Shown: positions 48,401 through 63,400 of the stretch, piece after piece
How positions within the stretch are numbered: the first letter of the stretch is position 1
Layout: each line of letters begins with the position of its first letter
NCBI GenBank assembly: GCA_051362555.1
Contig: JBPQGU010000016.1
Coordinates: 4,712,001 to 4,776,000 of the forward strand
DNA: 64,000 nucleotides
Reading direction: 5' to 3'
Source of the DNA: Lingula anatina
Lineage: Eukaryota > Animalia > Brachiopoda
Notes under the pieces: generated by a model
Database searches by the model: none
What the model was told of the DNA's origin: nothing
Seen by the model: only the letters and a program-made list of their open reading frames with translations
Made by a program: the position numbers and the translations under genes

Positions 48401-51400
48401 TTGACACCACCACTCTTCCAGCACTTTATTCTTACTACAAATGACCGAACACACCTACCTGACACTATAATGAAGAAAAAAAATTTTCATCCCTACCTGG
48501 CCAAAATTGAAGAAATCTCACAGTGCCGGCACTGTTCAAAATCACTCAAAATCACCAAAAATCGACCCGTCTCCGATTTTTCCAAAAAGTGACGAAAATC
48601 AATCTACCACACCTGTCATTCATAAAAAATGTGGAAACGCACCCGGGTCACTTCATCAAGGCCCCCAATTCTAGCTTTAAAGATGATCCAAAAATAAGCT
48701 CTGAGAACAGAATCTGAGAGGGGGGGGGGGAGACAGAGTTTTTGCTCTATTTCTTCCTTAATGTTGACACCACCACTCTTCCAGCACTTTATTCTTACTA
48801 CAAATGACCGAACACACCTACCTGACACTATAATGAAGAAAAAAAATTTTCATCCCTACCTGGCCAAAATTGAAGAAATCTCACAGTGCCGGCACTGTTC
48901 AAAATCACTCAAAATCACCAAAAATCGACCCGTCTCCGATTTTTCCAAAAAGTGACGAAAATCAATCTACCACACCTGTCATTCATAAAAAATGTGGAAA
49001 CACGCCCGGGTCACTTCATCAAGGCCCCCAATTCTAGCTTTAAAGATGATCCAAAAATAAGCTCTGAGAACAGAATCTGAGAGGGGGGGGGGGGGAGACA
49101 GAGTTTTTGCTCTATTTCTTCCTTAATGTTGACACCACCACTCTTCCAGCACTTTATTCTTACTACAAATGACCGAACACACCTACCTGACACTTTAATG
49201 AAGAAAAAAAATTTTCATCCCTACCTGGCCAAAATTGAAGAAATCTCACAGTGCCGGCACTGTTCAAAATCACTCAAAATCACCAAAAATCGACCCGTCT
49301 CCGATTTTTCCAAAAAGTGACGAAAATCAATCTACCACACCTGTCATTCATAAAAAATGTGGAAACGCGCCCGGGTCACTTCATCAAGGCCCCCAATTCT
49401 AGCTTTAAAGATGATCCAAAAATAAGCTCTGAGAACAGAATCTGAGAGGGGGGGGGGGAGACAGAGTTTTTGCTCTATTTCTTCCTTAATGTTGACACCA
49501 CCACTCTTCCAGCACTTTATTCTTACTACAAATGACCGAACACACCTACCTGACACTATAATGAAGAAAAAAAATTTTCATCCCTACCTGGCCAAAACTG
49601 AAGAAATCTCACAGTGCCGGCAATGTTCAAAATCAGTCAAAATCACCAAAAATCGACCCGTCTCCGATTTTTCCAAAAAGTGACGAAAATCAATCTACCA
49701 CACCTGTCATTCATAAAAAATGTGGAAACGCGCCCGGGTCACTTCATCAAGGCCCCCAATTCTAGCTTTAAAGATGATCCAAAAATAAGCTCTGAGAACA
49801 GAATCTGAGAGGGGGGGGGGGAGACAGAGTTTTTGCTCTATTTCTTCCTTAATGTTGACACCACCACTCTTCCAGCACTTTATTCTTACTACAAATGACC
49901 GAACACACCTACCTGACACTATAATGAAGAAAAAAAATTTTCATCCCTACCTGGCCAAAATTGAAGAAATCTCACAGTGCCGGCACTGTTCAAAATCACT
50001 CAAAATCACCAAAAATCGACCCGTCTCCGATTTTTCCAAAAAGTGACGAAAATCAATCTACCACACCTGTCATTCATAAAAAATGTGGAAACGCGCCCGG
50101 GTCACTTCATCAAGGCCCCCAATTCTAGCTTTAAAGATGATCCAAAAATAAGCTCTGAGAACAGAATCTGAGAGGGGGGGGGGGGGGGAGACAGAGTTTT
50201 TGCTCCATTTCTTCCTTAATGTTGACACCACCACTCTTCCAGCACTTTATTCTTACTACAAATGACCGAACACACCTACCTGACACTATAATGAAGAAAA
50301 AAAATTTTCATCCCTACCTGGCCAAAACTGAAGAAATCTCACAGTGCCGGCAATGTTCAAAATCAGTCAAAATCACCAAAAATCGACCCGTCTCCGATTT
50401 TTCCAAAAAGTGACGAAAATCAATCTACCACACCTGTCATTCATAAAAAATGTGGAAACGCGCCCGGGTCACTTCATCAAGGCCCCCAATTCTAGCTTTA
50501 AAGATGATCCAAAAATAAGCTCTGAGAACAGAATCTGAGAGGGGGGGGGGGAGACAGAGTTTTTGCTCCATTTCTTCCTTAATGTTGACACCACCACTCT
50601 TCCAGCACTTTATTCTTACTACAAATGACCGAACACACCTACCTGACACTATAATAAAGAAAAAAAATTTTCATCCCTACCTGGCCAAAACTGAAGAAAT
50701 CTCACAGTGCCGGCAATGTTCAAAATCACTCAAAATCACCAAAAATCGACCCGTCTCCGATTTTTCCAAAAAGTGACGAAAATCAATCTACCACACCTGT
50801 CATTCATAAAAAATGTGGAAACGCGCCCGGGTCACTTCATCAAGGCCCCCAATTCTAGCTTTAAAGATGATCCAAAAATAAGCTCTGAGAACAGAATCTG
50901 AGAGGGGGGGGGGGAGACAGAGTTTTTGCTCCATTTCTTCCTTAATGTTGACACCACCACTCTTCCAGCACTTTATTCTTACTACAAATGACCGAACACA
51001 CCTACCTGACACTATAATGAAGAAAAAAAATTTTCATCCCTACCTGGCCAAAACTGAAGAAATCTCACAGTGCCGGCAATGTTCAAAATCAGTCAAAATC
51101 ACCAAAAATCGACCCGTCTCCGATTTTTCCAAAAAGTGACGAAAATCAATCTACCACACCTGTCATTCATAAAAAATGTGGAAACGCGCCCGGGTCACTT
51201 CATCAAGGCCCCCAATTCTAGCTTTAAAGATGATCCAAAAATAAGCTCTGAGAACAGAATCTGAGAGGGGGGGGGGGGGGGGGGGTAGACAGAGTTTTTG
51301 CTCTATTTCTTCCTTAATGTTGACACCACCACTCTTCCAGCACTTTATTCTTACTACAAATGACCGAACACACCTACCTGACACTATAATGAAGAAAAAA

Positions 51401-54400
51401 AATTTTCATCCCTACCTGGCCAAAATTGAAGAAATCTCACAGTGCAGGCACTGTTCAAAATCACTCAAAATCACCAAAAATCGACCCGTCTCCGATTTTT
51501 CCAAAAAGTGACGAAAATCAATCTACCACACCTGTCATTCATAAAAAATGTGGAAACGCGCCCGGGTCACTTCATCAAGGCCCCCAATTCTAGCTTTAAA
51601 GATGATCCAAAAATAAGCTCTGAGAACAGAATCTGAGAGGGGGGGGAGACAGAGTTTTTGCTCTATTTCTTCCTTAATGTTGACACCACCACTCTTCCAG
51701 CACTTTATTCTTACTACAAATGACCGAACACACCTACCTGACACTATAATGAAGAAAAAAAATTTTCATCCCTACCTGGCCAAAATTGAAGAAATCTCAC
51801 AGTGCCGGCACTGTTCAAAATCACTCAAAATCACCAAAAATCGACCCGTCTCCGATTTTTTCAAAAAGTGACGAAAATCAATCTACCACACCTGTCATTC
51901 ATAAAAAATGTGGAAATGCGCCCAGGTCACTTCATCAAGGCCCCCAATTCTATCTTTTAAGATGATCCAAAAATAAGCTCTGAGAACAGAATCTGAGAGG
52001 GGGGGGAGACAGAGTTTTTGCTCTATTTCTTCCTTAATGTTGACACCACCACTCTTCCAGCACTTTATTCTTACTACAAATGACCGAACACACCTACCTG
52101 ACACTATAATGAAGAAAAAAAATTTTCATCCCTACCTGGCCAAAATTGAAGAAATCTCACAGTGCCGGCACTGTTCAAAATCACTCAAAATCACCAAAAA
52201 TCGACCCATCTCCGATTTTTCCAAAAAGTGACGAAAATCAATCTACCACACCTGTCATTCATAAAAAATGTGGAAATGCGCCCGGGTCACTTCATCAAGG
52301 CCCCCAATTCTAGCTTTAAAGATGATCCAAAAACAAGCTCTGATAACAGAATCTGAGAGGGGGGGGGAGACAGAGTTTTTGCTCTATTTCTTCCTTAATG
52401 TTGACACCACCACTCTTCCAGCACTTTATTCTTACTACAAATGACCGAACACACCTACCTGACACTATAATGAAGAAAAAAATTTTCATCCCTACCTGGC
52501 CAAAATTAAAGAAATCTCACAGTGCCGGCACTGTTCAAAATCACTCAAAATCACCAAAAATCGACCTGTCTCCGATTTTTTCAAAAAGTGACAAAAATCA
52601 ATCTACCACACCTGTCATTCATAAAAAATGTGGAAACGTGCCCGGGTCACTTCATCAAGGCCCCCAATTCTAGCTTTAAAGATGATCCAAAAATAAGCTC
52701 TGAGAACAGAATCTGAGAGGGGGGGGGGAGACAGAGTTTTTGCTCTATTTCTTCCTTAATGTTGACACCACCACTCTTCCAACACTTTATTCTTACTACA
52801 AATGACCGAACACACCTACCTGACACTATAATGAAGAAAAAAAATTTTCATCCCTACCTGGCCAAAACTGAAGAAATCTCACAGTGCCGGCACTGTTCAA
52901 AATCACTCAAAATCACCAAAAATCGACCCATCTCCGATTTTTCCAAAAAGTGACGAAAATCAATCTACCACACCTGTCATTCATAAAAAATATGGAAACG
53001 CGCCCGGGTCACTTCATTAAGGCCCCCAATTCTAGCTTTAAAGATGATCCAAAAACAAGCTCTGAGAACAGAATCTGAGAGGGGGGGGGGGGGAGACAGT
53101 GTTTTTGCTCTATTTCTTCCTTAATGTTGACACCACCACTCTTCCAGCACTTTATTCTTACTACAAATGACCGAACACACCTACCTGACACTATAATGAA
53201 GAAAAAAAATTTAAATCTCTACCTGGCCAAAATTGAAGAAATCTCACAGTGCCGGCACTGTTCAAAATCACTCAAAATCACCAAAAATCGACCCGTCTCC
53301 GATTTTTCCAAAAAGTGACGAAAATCAATCTACCACACCTGTCATTCATAAAAAATGTGGAAACGTGCCCGGGTCACTTCATCAAGGCCATCAATTCTAG
53401 CTTTAAAGATGATCCAAAAATAAGCTCTGAGAACAGAATCTGAGAGGGGGGGGGGGGGGGAGACAGAGTTTTTGCTCTATTTCTTCCTTAATGTTGACAC
53501 CACCACTCTTCCAGCACTTTATTCTTACTACAAATGACCGAACACACCTACCTGACACTATAATGAAGAAAAAAAATTTTCATCCCTACCTGGCCAAAAT
53601 GGAAGAAATCTCACAGTGCCGGCATGTGCACTGTTCAAAATCACTCAAAATCACCAAAAATCGACCCGTCTCCGATTTTTCCAAAAAGTGATGAAAATCA
53701 ATCTACCACACCTGTCATTCATAAAAAATGTGGAAACGCGCCCGGGTCACTTCATCAAGGCCCCCAATTCTAGCTTTAAAGATGATCCAAAAACAAGCTC
53801 TGAGAACAGAATCTGAGAGGGGAGGGGAGACAGAGTTTTTGCTCTATTTCTTCCTTAATGTTGACACCACCACTCTTCCAGCACTTTATTCTTACTACAA
53901 ATGACCGAACACACCTACCTGACACTATAATGAAGAAAAAAAATTTTCATCCCTACCTGGCCAAAATTGAAGAAATCTCACAGTGCCGGCACTGTTCAAA
54001 ATAACTCAAAATCACCAAAAATCGACCCGTCTCCGATTTTTCCAAAAAGTGACGAAAATCAATCTACCACACCTGTCATTCATAAAAAATGTGGAAACGC
54101 GCCCGGGTCACTTCATCAAGGCCCCTAATTATAGCTTTAAAGATGATCCAAAAATAAGCTCTGAAAACAGAATCTGAGAGGGGGGGAGACAGAGTTTTTG
54201 CTCTATTTCTTCCTTAATGTTGACACCACCACTCTTCCAGCACTTTATTCTTACTACAAATGACCGAACACACCTACCTGACACTATAATGAAGAAAAAA
54301 AATGTTCATCCCTACCTGGCCAAAATTGAAGAAATCTCACAGTGCCGGCACTGTTCAAAATCACTCAAAATCACCAAAAATCGACCCGTCTCCGATTTTT

Positions 54401-57400
54401 CCAAAAAGTGACGAAAATCAATCTACCACACCTGTCATTCATAAAAAATGTGGAAACGCGCCCGGGTCACTTCATCAAGGCCCCTAATTCTAGCTTTAAA
54501 GATGATCCAAAAATAAGCTCTGAAAACAGAATCTGAGAGGGGGGGAGACAGAGTTTTTGCTCTATTTCTTCCTTAATGTTGACACCACCACTCTTCCAGC
54601 ACTTTATTCTTACTACAAATGACCGAACACACCTACCTGACACTATAATGAAGAAATAAAATGTTCATCCCTACCTGGCCAAAATTGAAGAAATCTCACA
54701 GTGCCAGCACTGTTCAAAATCACTCAAAATCACCAAAAATCGACCCGTCTCCGATTTTTCCAAAAAGTGACGAAAATCAATCTACCACACCTGTCATTCA
54801 TAAAAAATGTGGAAACGCGCCCGGGTCACTTCATCAAGGCCCCCAATTATAGCTTTAAAGATAATTTAAAAACAAGCTCTGAGAACAGAATCTGAGAGGG
54901 GGGGCGGGGAGACAGAGTTTTTGCTCTATTTCTTCCTTAATGTTGACACCACTTCTCTTCCAGCACTTTATTCTTACTACAAATGACCGAACACACCTAC
55001 CTGACACTATAATGAAGAAAAAAAATTTTCATCCCTACCTGGCCAAAATTGAAGAAATCTCACAGTGCAATCACTGTTCAAAATCACCGAAATTCACCAA
55101 AAATCGACCCGTCTCCAATTTTTCCAAAAAGTGACGAAAATCAATCTACCACACCTGTCATTCATAAAAAATGTGGAAACGCGCCCGGGTCACTTCATCA
55201 AGGCCCCCAATTCTAGCTTTAAAGATGATCCAAAAATAAGCTCTGAGAACAGAATCTGAGAGGGGGGGGGAGACAGAGTTTTTGCTCTATTTCTTCCTTA
55301 ATGTTGACACCACCACTCTTCCAGCACTTTATTCTTACTACAAATGACCGAACACACCTACCTGACACTATAATGAAGAAAAAAAATTTTCATCCCTACC
55401 TGGCCAAAATTGAAGAAATCTCACAGTGCCGGCACTGTTCAAAATCACTCAAAATCACCAAAAATCGACTCGTCTCCGATTTTTCCAAAAAGTGACGAAA
55501 ATCAATCTACCACACCTGTCATTCATAAAAAATGTGGAAACGTGCCCGGGTCACTTCATCAAGGCCCCCAATTCTAGCTTTAAAGATGATCCAAAAACAA
55601 GCTCTGAGAACAGAATCTGAGAGGGGGGGGGAGACAGAGTTTTTGCTCTATTTCTTCCTTAATGTTGACACCACCACTCTTCCAGCACTTTATTCCTACT
55701 ACCAATGACCGAACACACCTACCTGACACTATAATGAAGAAAAAAAATTTTCATCCCTACCTGGCCAAAATTGAAGAAATCTCACAGTGCCGGCACTGTT
55801 CAAAATCACTCAAAATCACCAAAAATTGACCCGTCTCTGATTTTTCCAAAAAGTGACGAAAATCAATCTACCACACCTGTCATTCATAAAAAATGTGGAA
55901 ACACACCCGGGTCACTTCATCAAGGCCCCCAATTCTAGCTTTAAAGATGATCCAAAAATAAGCTCTGAGAACAGAATCTGAGAGGGGGGGGGGGGGAGAC
56001 AGAGTTTTTGCTCTATTTCTTCCTTAATGTTGACACCACCACTCTTCCAGCACTTTATTCTTACTACAAATGACCGAACACACCTACCTGACACTATAAT
56101 GAAGAAAAAAATGTTCATCCCTACCTGGCCAAAATTGAAGAAATCTCACAGTGCCGGCACTGTTCAAAATCACTCAAAATCACCAAAAATCGACCCGTCT
56201 CTGATTTTTCCAAAAAGTGACCAAAATCAATCTACCACACCTGTCATTCATAAAAAATGTGGAAACGCGCCCGGGTCACTTAATCAAGGCCCCCAATTCT
56301 AGCTTTAAAGATGATCCAAAAATAAGCTCTGAGAACAGAATCTGAGAGGGGGGGGGAGACAGAGTTTTTGCTCTATTTCTTCCTTAATGTTGACACCACC
56401 ACTCTTCCAGCACTTTATTCTTACTACAAATGACCGAACACACCTACCTGACACTATAATGAAGAAAAAAAATTTTCATCCCTACCTGGCCAAAATTGAA
56501 GAAATCTCACAGTGCCGGCACTGTTCAAAATCACTCAAAATCACCAAAAATCGACCCGTCTCCGATTTTTCCAAAAAGTGACGAAAATCAATCTACCACA
56601 CCTGTCATTCATAAAAAATGTGGAAATGTGCCCGGGTCACTTAATCAAGGCCCCAAATTCTAGCTTTAAAGATGATCCAAAAATAAGCTCTGAGAACAGA
56701 ATCTGAGAGGGGGGGGGGAGACAGAGTTTTTGCTCTATTTCTTCCTTAATGTTGACACCACCACTCTTCCAGCACTTTATTCTTACTACAAATGACCGAA
56801 CACACCTACCTGACACTATAATGAAGAAAAAAAATTTTCATCCCTACCTGGCCAAAATTGAAAAAATCACACAGTGCCGGCACTGTTCAAAATCACTCAA
56901 AATCACCAAAAATCGACCCGTCTCCGATTTTTCCAAAAAGTGACGAAAATCAATCTACCACACCTGTCATTCATAAAAAATGTGGAAACGCGCCCGGGTC
57001 ACTTCATCAAGGCCCCCAATTCTAGCTTTAAAGATGATCCAAAAATAAGCTCTGAGAACAGAATCTGAGAGGGGGGGGGGGAGACAGAGTTTTTGCTCTA
57101 TTTCTTCCTTAATGTTGACACCACCACTCTTCCAGCACTTTATTCTTACTACAAATGACCGAACACACCTACCTGACACTATAATGAAGAAAAAAAATTT
57201 TCATCCCTACCTGGCCAAAATTGAAGAAATCTCACAGTGCCGGCACTGTTCAAAATCACTCAAAATCACCAAAAATCGACCCGTCTCCGACTTTTCCAAA
57301 AAGTGACGAAAATCAATCTACCACACCTGTCATTCATAAAAAATGTGGAAACGCGCCCGGGTCACTTCATCAAGGCCCCCAATTCTAGCTTTAAAGATGA

Positions 57401-60400
57401 TCCAAAAATAAGCTCTGAGAACAGAATCTGAGAGGGGGGGGGGGGGAGACAGAGTTTTAGCTCTATTTCTTCCTTAATGTTGACACCACCACTCTTCCAG
57501 CACTTTATTCTTACTACAAATGACCGAACACACCTACCTGACACTATAATGAAGAAAAAAAATTTTCATCCCTACCTGGCCAAAATTGAAGAAATCTCAC
57601 AGTGCCGGCACTGTTCAAAATCACTCAAAATCACCAAAAATCGACCCGTCTCCGATTTTTCCAAAAGGTGACGAAAATCAATCTACCACACCTGTCATTC
57701 ATAAAAAATGTGGAAACGCGCCCGGGTCACTTCATCAAGGCCCCCAATTCTAGCTTTAAAGATGATCCAAAAATAAGCTCTGAGAACAGAATCTGAGAGG
57801 GGGGGGGGGGGGGGAGACAGAGTTTTTGCTCTATTTCTTCCTTAATGTTGACACCACCACTCTTCCAGCACTTTATTCTTACTACAAATGACCGAACACA
57901 CCTACCTGACACTAGAATGAAGAAAAAAAATTTTCATCCCTACCTGGCCAAAATTGAAGAAATCTCACAGTGCCGGCACTGTTCAAAATCACTCAAAATC
58001 ACCAAAAATCGACCCGTCTCCGACTTTTCCAAAAAGTGAGGAAAATCAATCTACCACACCTGTCATTCATAAAAAATGTGGAAACGCGCCCGGGTCACTT
58101 CATCAAGGCCCCCAATTCTAGCTTTAAAGATGATCCAAAAATAAGCTCTGAGAACAGAATCTGAGAGGGGGGGGGGGGAGACAGAGTTTTTGCTCTATTT
58201 CTTCCTTAATGTTGACACCACCACTCTTCCAGCACTTTATTCTTACTACAAATGACCGAACACACCTACCTGACACTATAATGAAGAAAAAAAATTTTCA
58301 TCCCTACCTGGCCAAAATTGAAGAAATCTCACAGTGCCGGCACTGTTCAAAATCACTCAAAATCACCAAAAATCGACCCGTCTCCGATTTTTCCAAAAAG
58401 TGACGAAAATCAATCTACCACACCTGTCATTCATAAAAAATGTGGAAACGCGCCCGGGTCACTTCATCAAGGCCCCCAATTCTAGCTTTAAAGATGATCC
58501 AAAAATAAGCTCTGAGAACAGAATCTGAGAGGGGGGGGGGGGTGGGAGACAGAGTTTTTGCTCTATTTCTTCCTTAATGTTGACAGCACCACTCTTCCAG
58601 CACTTTATTCTTACTACAAATGACCGAACACACCTACCTGACACTATAATGAAGAAAAAAAATTTTCATCCCTACCTGGCCAAAATTGAAGAAATCTCAC
58701 AGTGCCGGCACTGTTCAAAATCACTCAAAATCACCAAAAATCGACCCGTCTCCGATTTTTCCAAAAAGTGACGAAAATCAATCTACCACACCTGTCATTT
58801 ATAAAAAATGTGGAAACGCGCCCGGGTCACTTCATCAAGGCCCCCAATTCTAGCTTTAAAGATGATCCAAAAATAAGCTCTGAGAACAGAATCTGAGAGG
58901 GGGGGGGGGAGACAGAGTTTTTGCTCTATTTCTTCCTTAATGTTGATAGCACCACTCTTCCAGCACTTTATTCTTACTACAAATGACCGAACACACCTAC
59001 CTGACACTATAATGAAGAAAAAAAATTTTCATCACTACCTGGCCAAAATTGAAGAAATCTCACAGTGCCGGCACTGTTCAAAATCACTCAAAATCACCAA
59101 AAATCGACCCGTCTCCGATTTTTCCAAAAAGTGACGAAAATCAATCTACCACACCTGTCATTCATAAAAAATGTGGAAACGCGCCCGGGTCACTTCATCA
59201 AGGCCCCCAATTCTAGCTTTAAAGATGATCCAAAAATAAGCTCTGAGAACAGAATCTGAGAGGGGGGGGGGGAGACAGAGTTTTTGCTCTATTTCTTCCT
59301 TAATGTTGACACCACCACTCTTCCAGCACTTTATTCTTACTACAAATGACCGAACACACCTACCTGACACTATAATGAAGAAAAAAAATTTTCATCCCTA
59401 CCTGGCCAAAATTGAAGAAATCTCACAGTGCCGGCACTGTTCAAAATCACTCAAAATCACCAAAAATCGACCCGTCTCCGATTTTTCCAAAAAGTGACGA
59501 AAATCAATCTACCACACCTGTCATTTATAAAAAATGTGGAAACGCGCCCGGGTCACTTCATCAAGGCCCCCAATTCTAGCTTTAAAGATGATCCAAAAAT
59601 AAGCTCTGAGAACAGAATCTGAGAGGGGGGGGGGGAGACAGAGTTTTTGCTCTATTTCTTCCTTAATGTTGACACCACCACTCTTCCAGCACTTTATTCT
59701 TACTACAAATGACCGAACACACCTACCTGACACTATAATGAAGAAAAAAAATTTTCATCCCTACCTGGCCAAAATTGAAGAAATCTCACAGTGCCGGCAC
59801 TGTTCAAAATCACTCAAAATCACCAAAAATCGACCCGTCTCCGATTTTTCCAAAAAGTGACGAAAATCAATCTACCACACCTGTCATTCATAAAAAATGT
59901 GGAAACGCGCCCGGGTCACTTCATCAAGGCCCCCAATTCTAGCTTTAAAGATGATCCAAAAATAAGCTCTGAGAACAGAATCTGAGAGGGGGGGGGGAGA
60001 CAGAGTTTTTGCTCTATTTCTTCCTTAATGTTGACACCACCACTCTTCCAGCACTTTATTCTTACTACAAATGACCGAACACACCTACCTGACACTATAA
60101 TGAAGAAAAAAAATTTTCATCCCTACCTGGCCAAAATTGAAGAAATCTCACAGTGCCGGCATTGTTCAAAATCACTCAAAATCACCAAAAATCGACCCGT
60201 CTCCGATTTTTCCAAAAAGTGACGAAAATCAATCTACCACACCTGTCATTCATAAAAAATGTGGAAACGCGCCCGGGTCACTTCATCAAGGCCCCCAATT
60301 CTAGCTTTAAAGATGATCCAAAAATAAGCTCTGAGAACAGAATCTGAGAGGGGGGGGGGGGGAGACAGAGTTTTTGCTCTATTTCTTCCTTAATGTTGAC

Positions 60401-63400
60401 ACCACCACTCTTCCAGCACTTTATTCTTACTACAAATGACCGAACACACCTACCTGACACTATAATGAAGAAAAAAAATTTTCATCCCTACCTGGCCAAA
60501 ATTGAAGAAATCTCACAGTGCCGGCACTGTTCAAAATCACTCAAAATCACCAAAAATCGACCCGTCTCCGATTTTTCCAAAAAGTGACGAAAATCAATCT
60601 ACCACACCTGTCATTCATAAAAAATGTGGAAACGCGCCCGGGTCACTTCATCAAGGCCCCCAATTCTAGCTTTAAAGATGATCCAAAAATAAGCTCTGAG
60701 AACAGAATCTGAGAGGGGGGGGGGGGGGGGGGTGGGAGACAGAGTTTTTGCTCTATTTCTTCCTTAATGTTGACACCACCACTCTTCCAGCACTTTATTC
60801 TTACTACAAATGACCGAACACACCTACCTGACACTATAATGAAGAAAAAAAATTTTCATCCCTACCTGGCCAAAATTGAAGAAATCTCACAGTGCCAGCA
60901 CTGTTCAAAATCACTCAAAATCACCAAAAATCGACCCGTCTCCGATTTTTCCAAAAAGTGACGAAAATCAATCTACCACACCTGTCATTCATAAAAAATG
61001 TGGAAACGCGCCCGGGTCACTTCATCAAGGCCCCCAATTCTAGCTTTAAAGATGATCCAAAAATAAGCTCTGAGAACAGAATCTGAGAGGGGGGGGGGAG
61101 ACAGAGTTTTTGCTCTATTTCTTCCTTAATGTTGACACCACCACTCTTCCAGCACTTTATTCTTACTACAAATGACCGAACACACCTACCTGACACTATA
61201 ATGAAGAAAAAAAATTTTCATCCCTACCTGGCCAAAATTGAAGAAATCTCACAGTGCCGGCACTGTTCAAAATCACTCAAAATCACCAAAAATCGACCCG
61301 TCTCCGATTTTTCCAAAAAGTGACGAAAATCAATCTACCACACCTGTCATTCATAAAAAATGTGGAAACGTGCCCGGGTCACTTCATCAAGGCCCCCAAT
61401 TCTAGCTTTAAAGATGATCCAAAAATAAGCTCTGAGAACAGAATCTGAGAGGGGGGGGGGAGACAGAGTTTTTGCTCTATTTCTTCCTTAATGTTGACAC
61501 CACCACTCTTCCAGCACTTTATTCTTACTACAAATGACCGAACACACCTACCTGACACTATAATGAAGAAAAAAAATTTTCATCCCTACCTGGCCAAAAT
61601 TGAAGAAATCTCACAGTGCCGGCACTGTTCAAAATCACTCAAAATCACCAAAAATCGACCCGTCTCCGATTTTTCCAAAAAGTGACGAAAATCAATCTAC
61701 CACACCTGTCATTCATAAAAAATGTGGAAACGCGCCCGGGTCACCACATCAAGGCCCCCAATTCTAGCTTTAAAGATGATCCAAAAATAAGCTCTGAGAA
61801 CAGAATCTGAGAGGGGGGGGGGAGACAGAGTTTTTGCTCTATTTCTTCCTTAATGTTGACACCACCACTCTTCCAGCACTTTATTCTTACTACAAATGAC
61901 CGAACACACCTACCTGACACTATAATGAAGAAAAAAAATTTTCATCCCTACCTGGCCAAAATTGAAGAAATCTCACAGTGCCGGCACTGTTCAAAATCAC
62001 TCAAAATCACCAAAAATCGACCCATCTCCGATTTTTCCAAAAAGTGACGAAAATCAATCTACCACACCTGTCATTCATAAAAAATGTGGAAACGCGCCCG
62101 GGTCACTTCATCAAGGCCCCCAATTCTAGCTTTAAAGATGATCCAAAAATAAGCTCTGAGAACAGAATCTGAGAGGGGGGGGGGGAGACAGAGTTTTTGC
62201 TCTATTTCTTCCTTAATGTTGACACCACCACTCTTCCAGCACTTTATTCTTACTACAAATGACCGAAAACACCTACCTGACACTATAATGAAGAAAAAAA
62301 ATTTTCATCCCTACCTGGCCAAAATTGAAGAAATCTCACAGTGCCGACACTGTTCAAAATCACTCAAAATCACCAAAAATCGACCCGTCTCCGATTTTTC
62401 CAAAAAGTGACGAAAATCAATCTACCACACCTGTCATTCATAAAAAATGTGGAAACGCGCCCGGGTCACTTCATCAAGGCCCCCAATTCTAGCTTTAAAG
62501 ATGATCCAAAAATAAGCTCTGAGAACAGAATCTGAGAGGGGGGGGGGGGAGACAGAGTTTTTGCTCTATTTCTTCCTTAATGTTGACACCACCACTCTTC
62601 CAGCACTTTATTCTTACTACAAATGACCGAACACACCTACCTGACACTATAATGAAGAAAAAAAATTTTCATCCCTACCTGGCCAAAATTGAAGAAATCT
62701 CACAGTGCCTGCACTGTTCAAAATCACTCAAAATCACCAAAAATCGACAAGTCTCCGATTTTTCCAAAAAGTGACGAAAATCAATCTACCACACCTGTCA
62801 TTCATAAAAAATGTGGAAACGCGCCCGGGTCACTTCATCAAGGCCCCCAATTCTAGCTTTAAAGATGATCCAAAAATAAGCTCTGAGAACAGAATCTGAG
62901 AGGGGGGGGGAGACAGAGTTTTTGCTCTATTTCTTCCTTAATGTTGACACCACCACTCTTCCAGCACTTTATTCTTACTACAAATGACCGAACACACCTA
63001 CCTGACACTATAATGAAGAAAAAAAATTTTCATCCCTACCTGGCCAAAATTGAAGAAATCTCACAGTGCCGGCACTGTTCAAAATCACTCAAAATCACCA
63101 AAAATCGACCCGTCTCCGATTTTTCCAAAAAGTGACGAAAATCAATCTACCACACCTGTCATTCATAAAAAATGTGGAAACGCGCCCGGCTCACTTCATC
63201 AAGGCCCCCAATTCTAGCTTTAAAGATGATCCAAAAATAAGCTCTGAGAACAGAATCTGAGAGGGGGGGGGGGAGACAGAGTTTTTGCTCTATTTCTTCC
63301 TTAATGTTGACACCACCACTCTTCCAGCACTTTATTCTTATTACAAATGACCGAACACACCTACCTGACACTATAATGAAGAAAAAAAATTTTCATCCCT

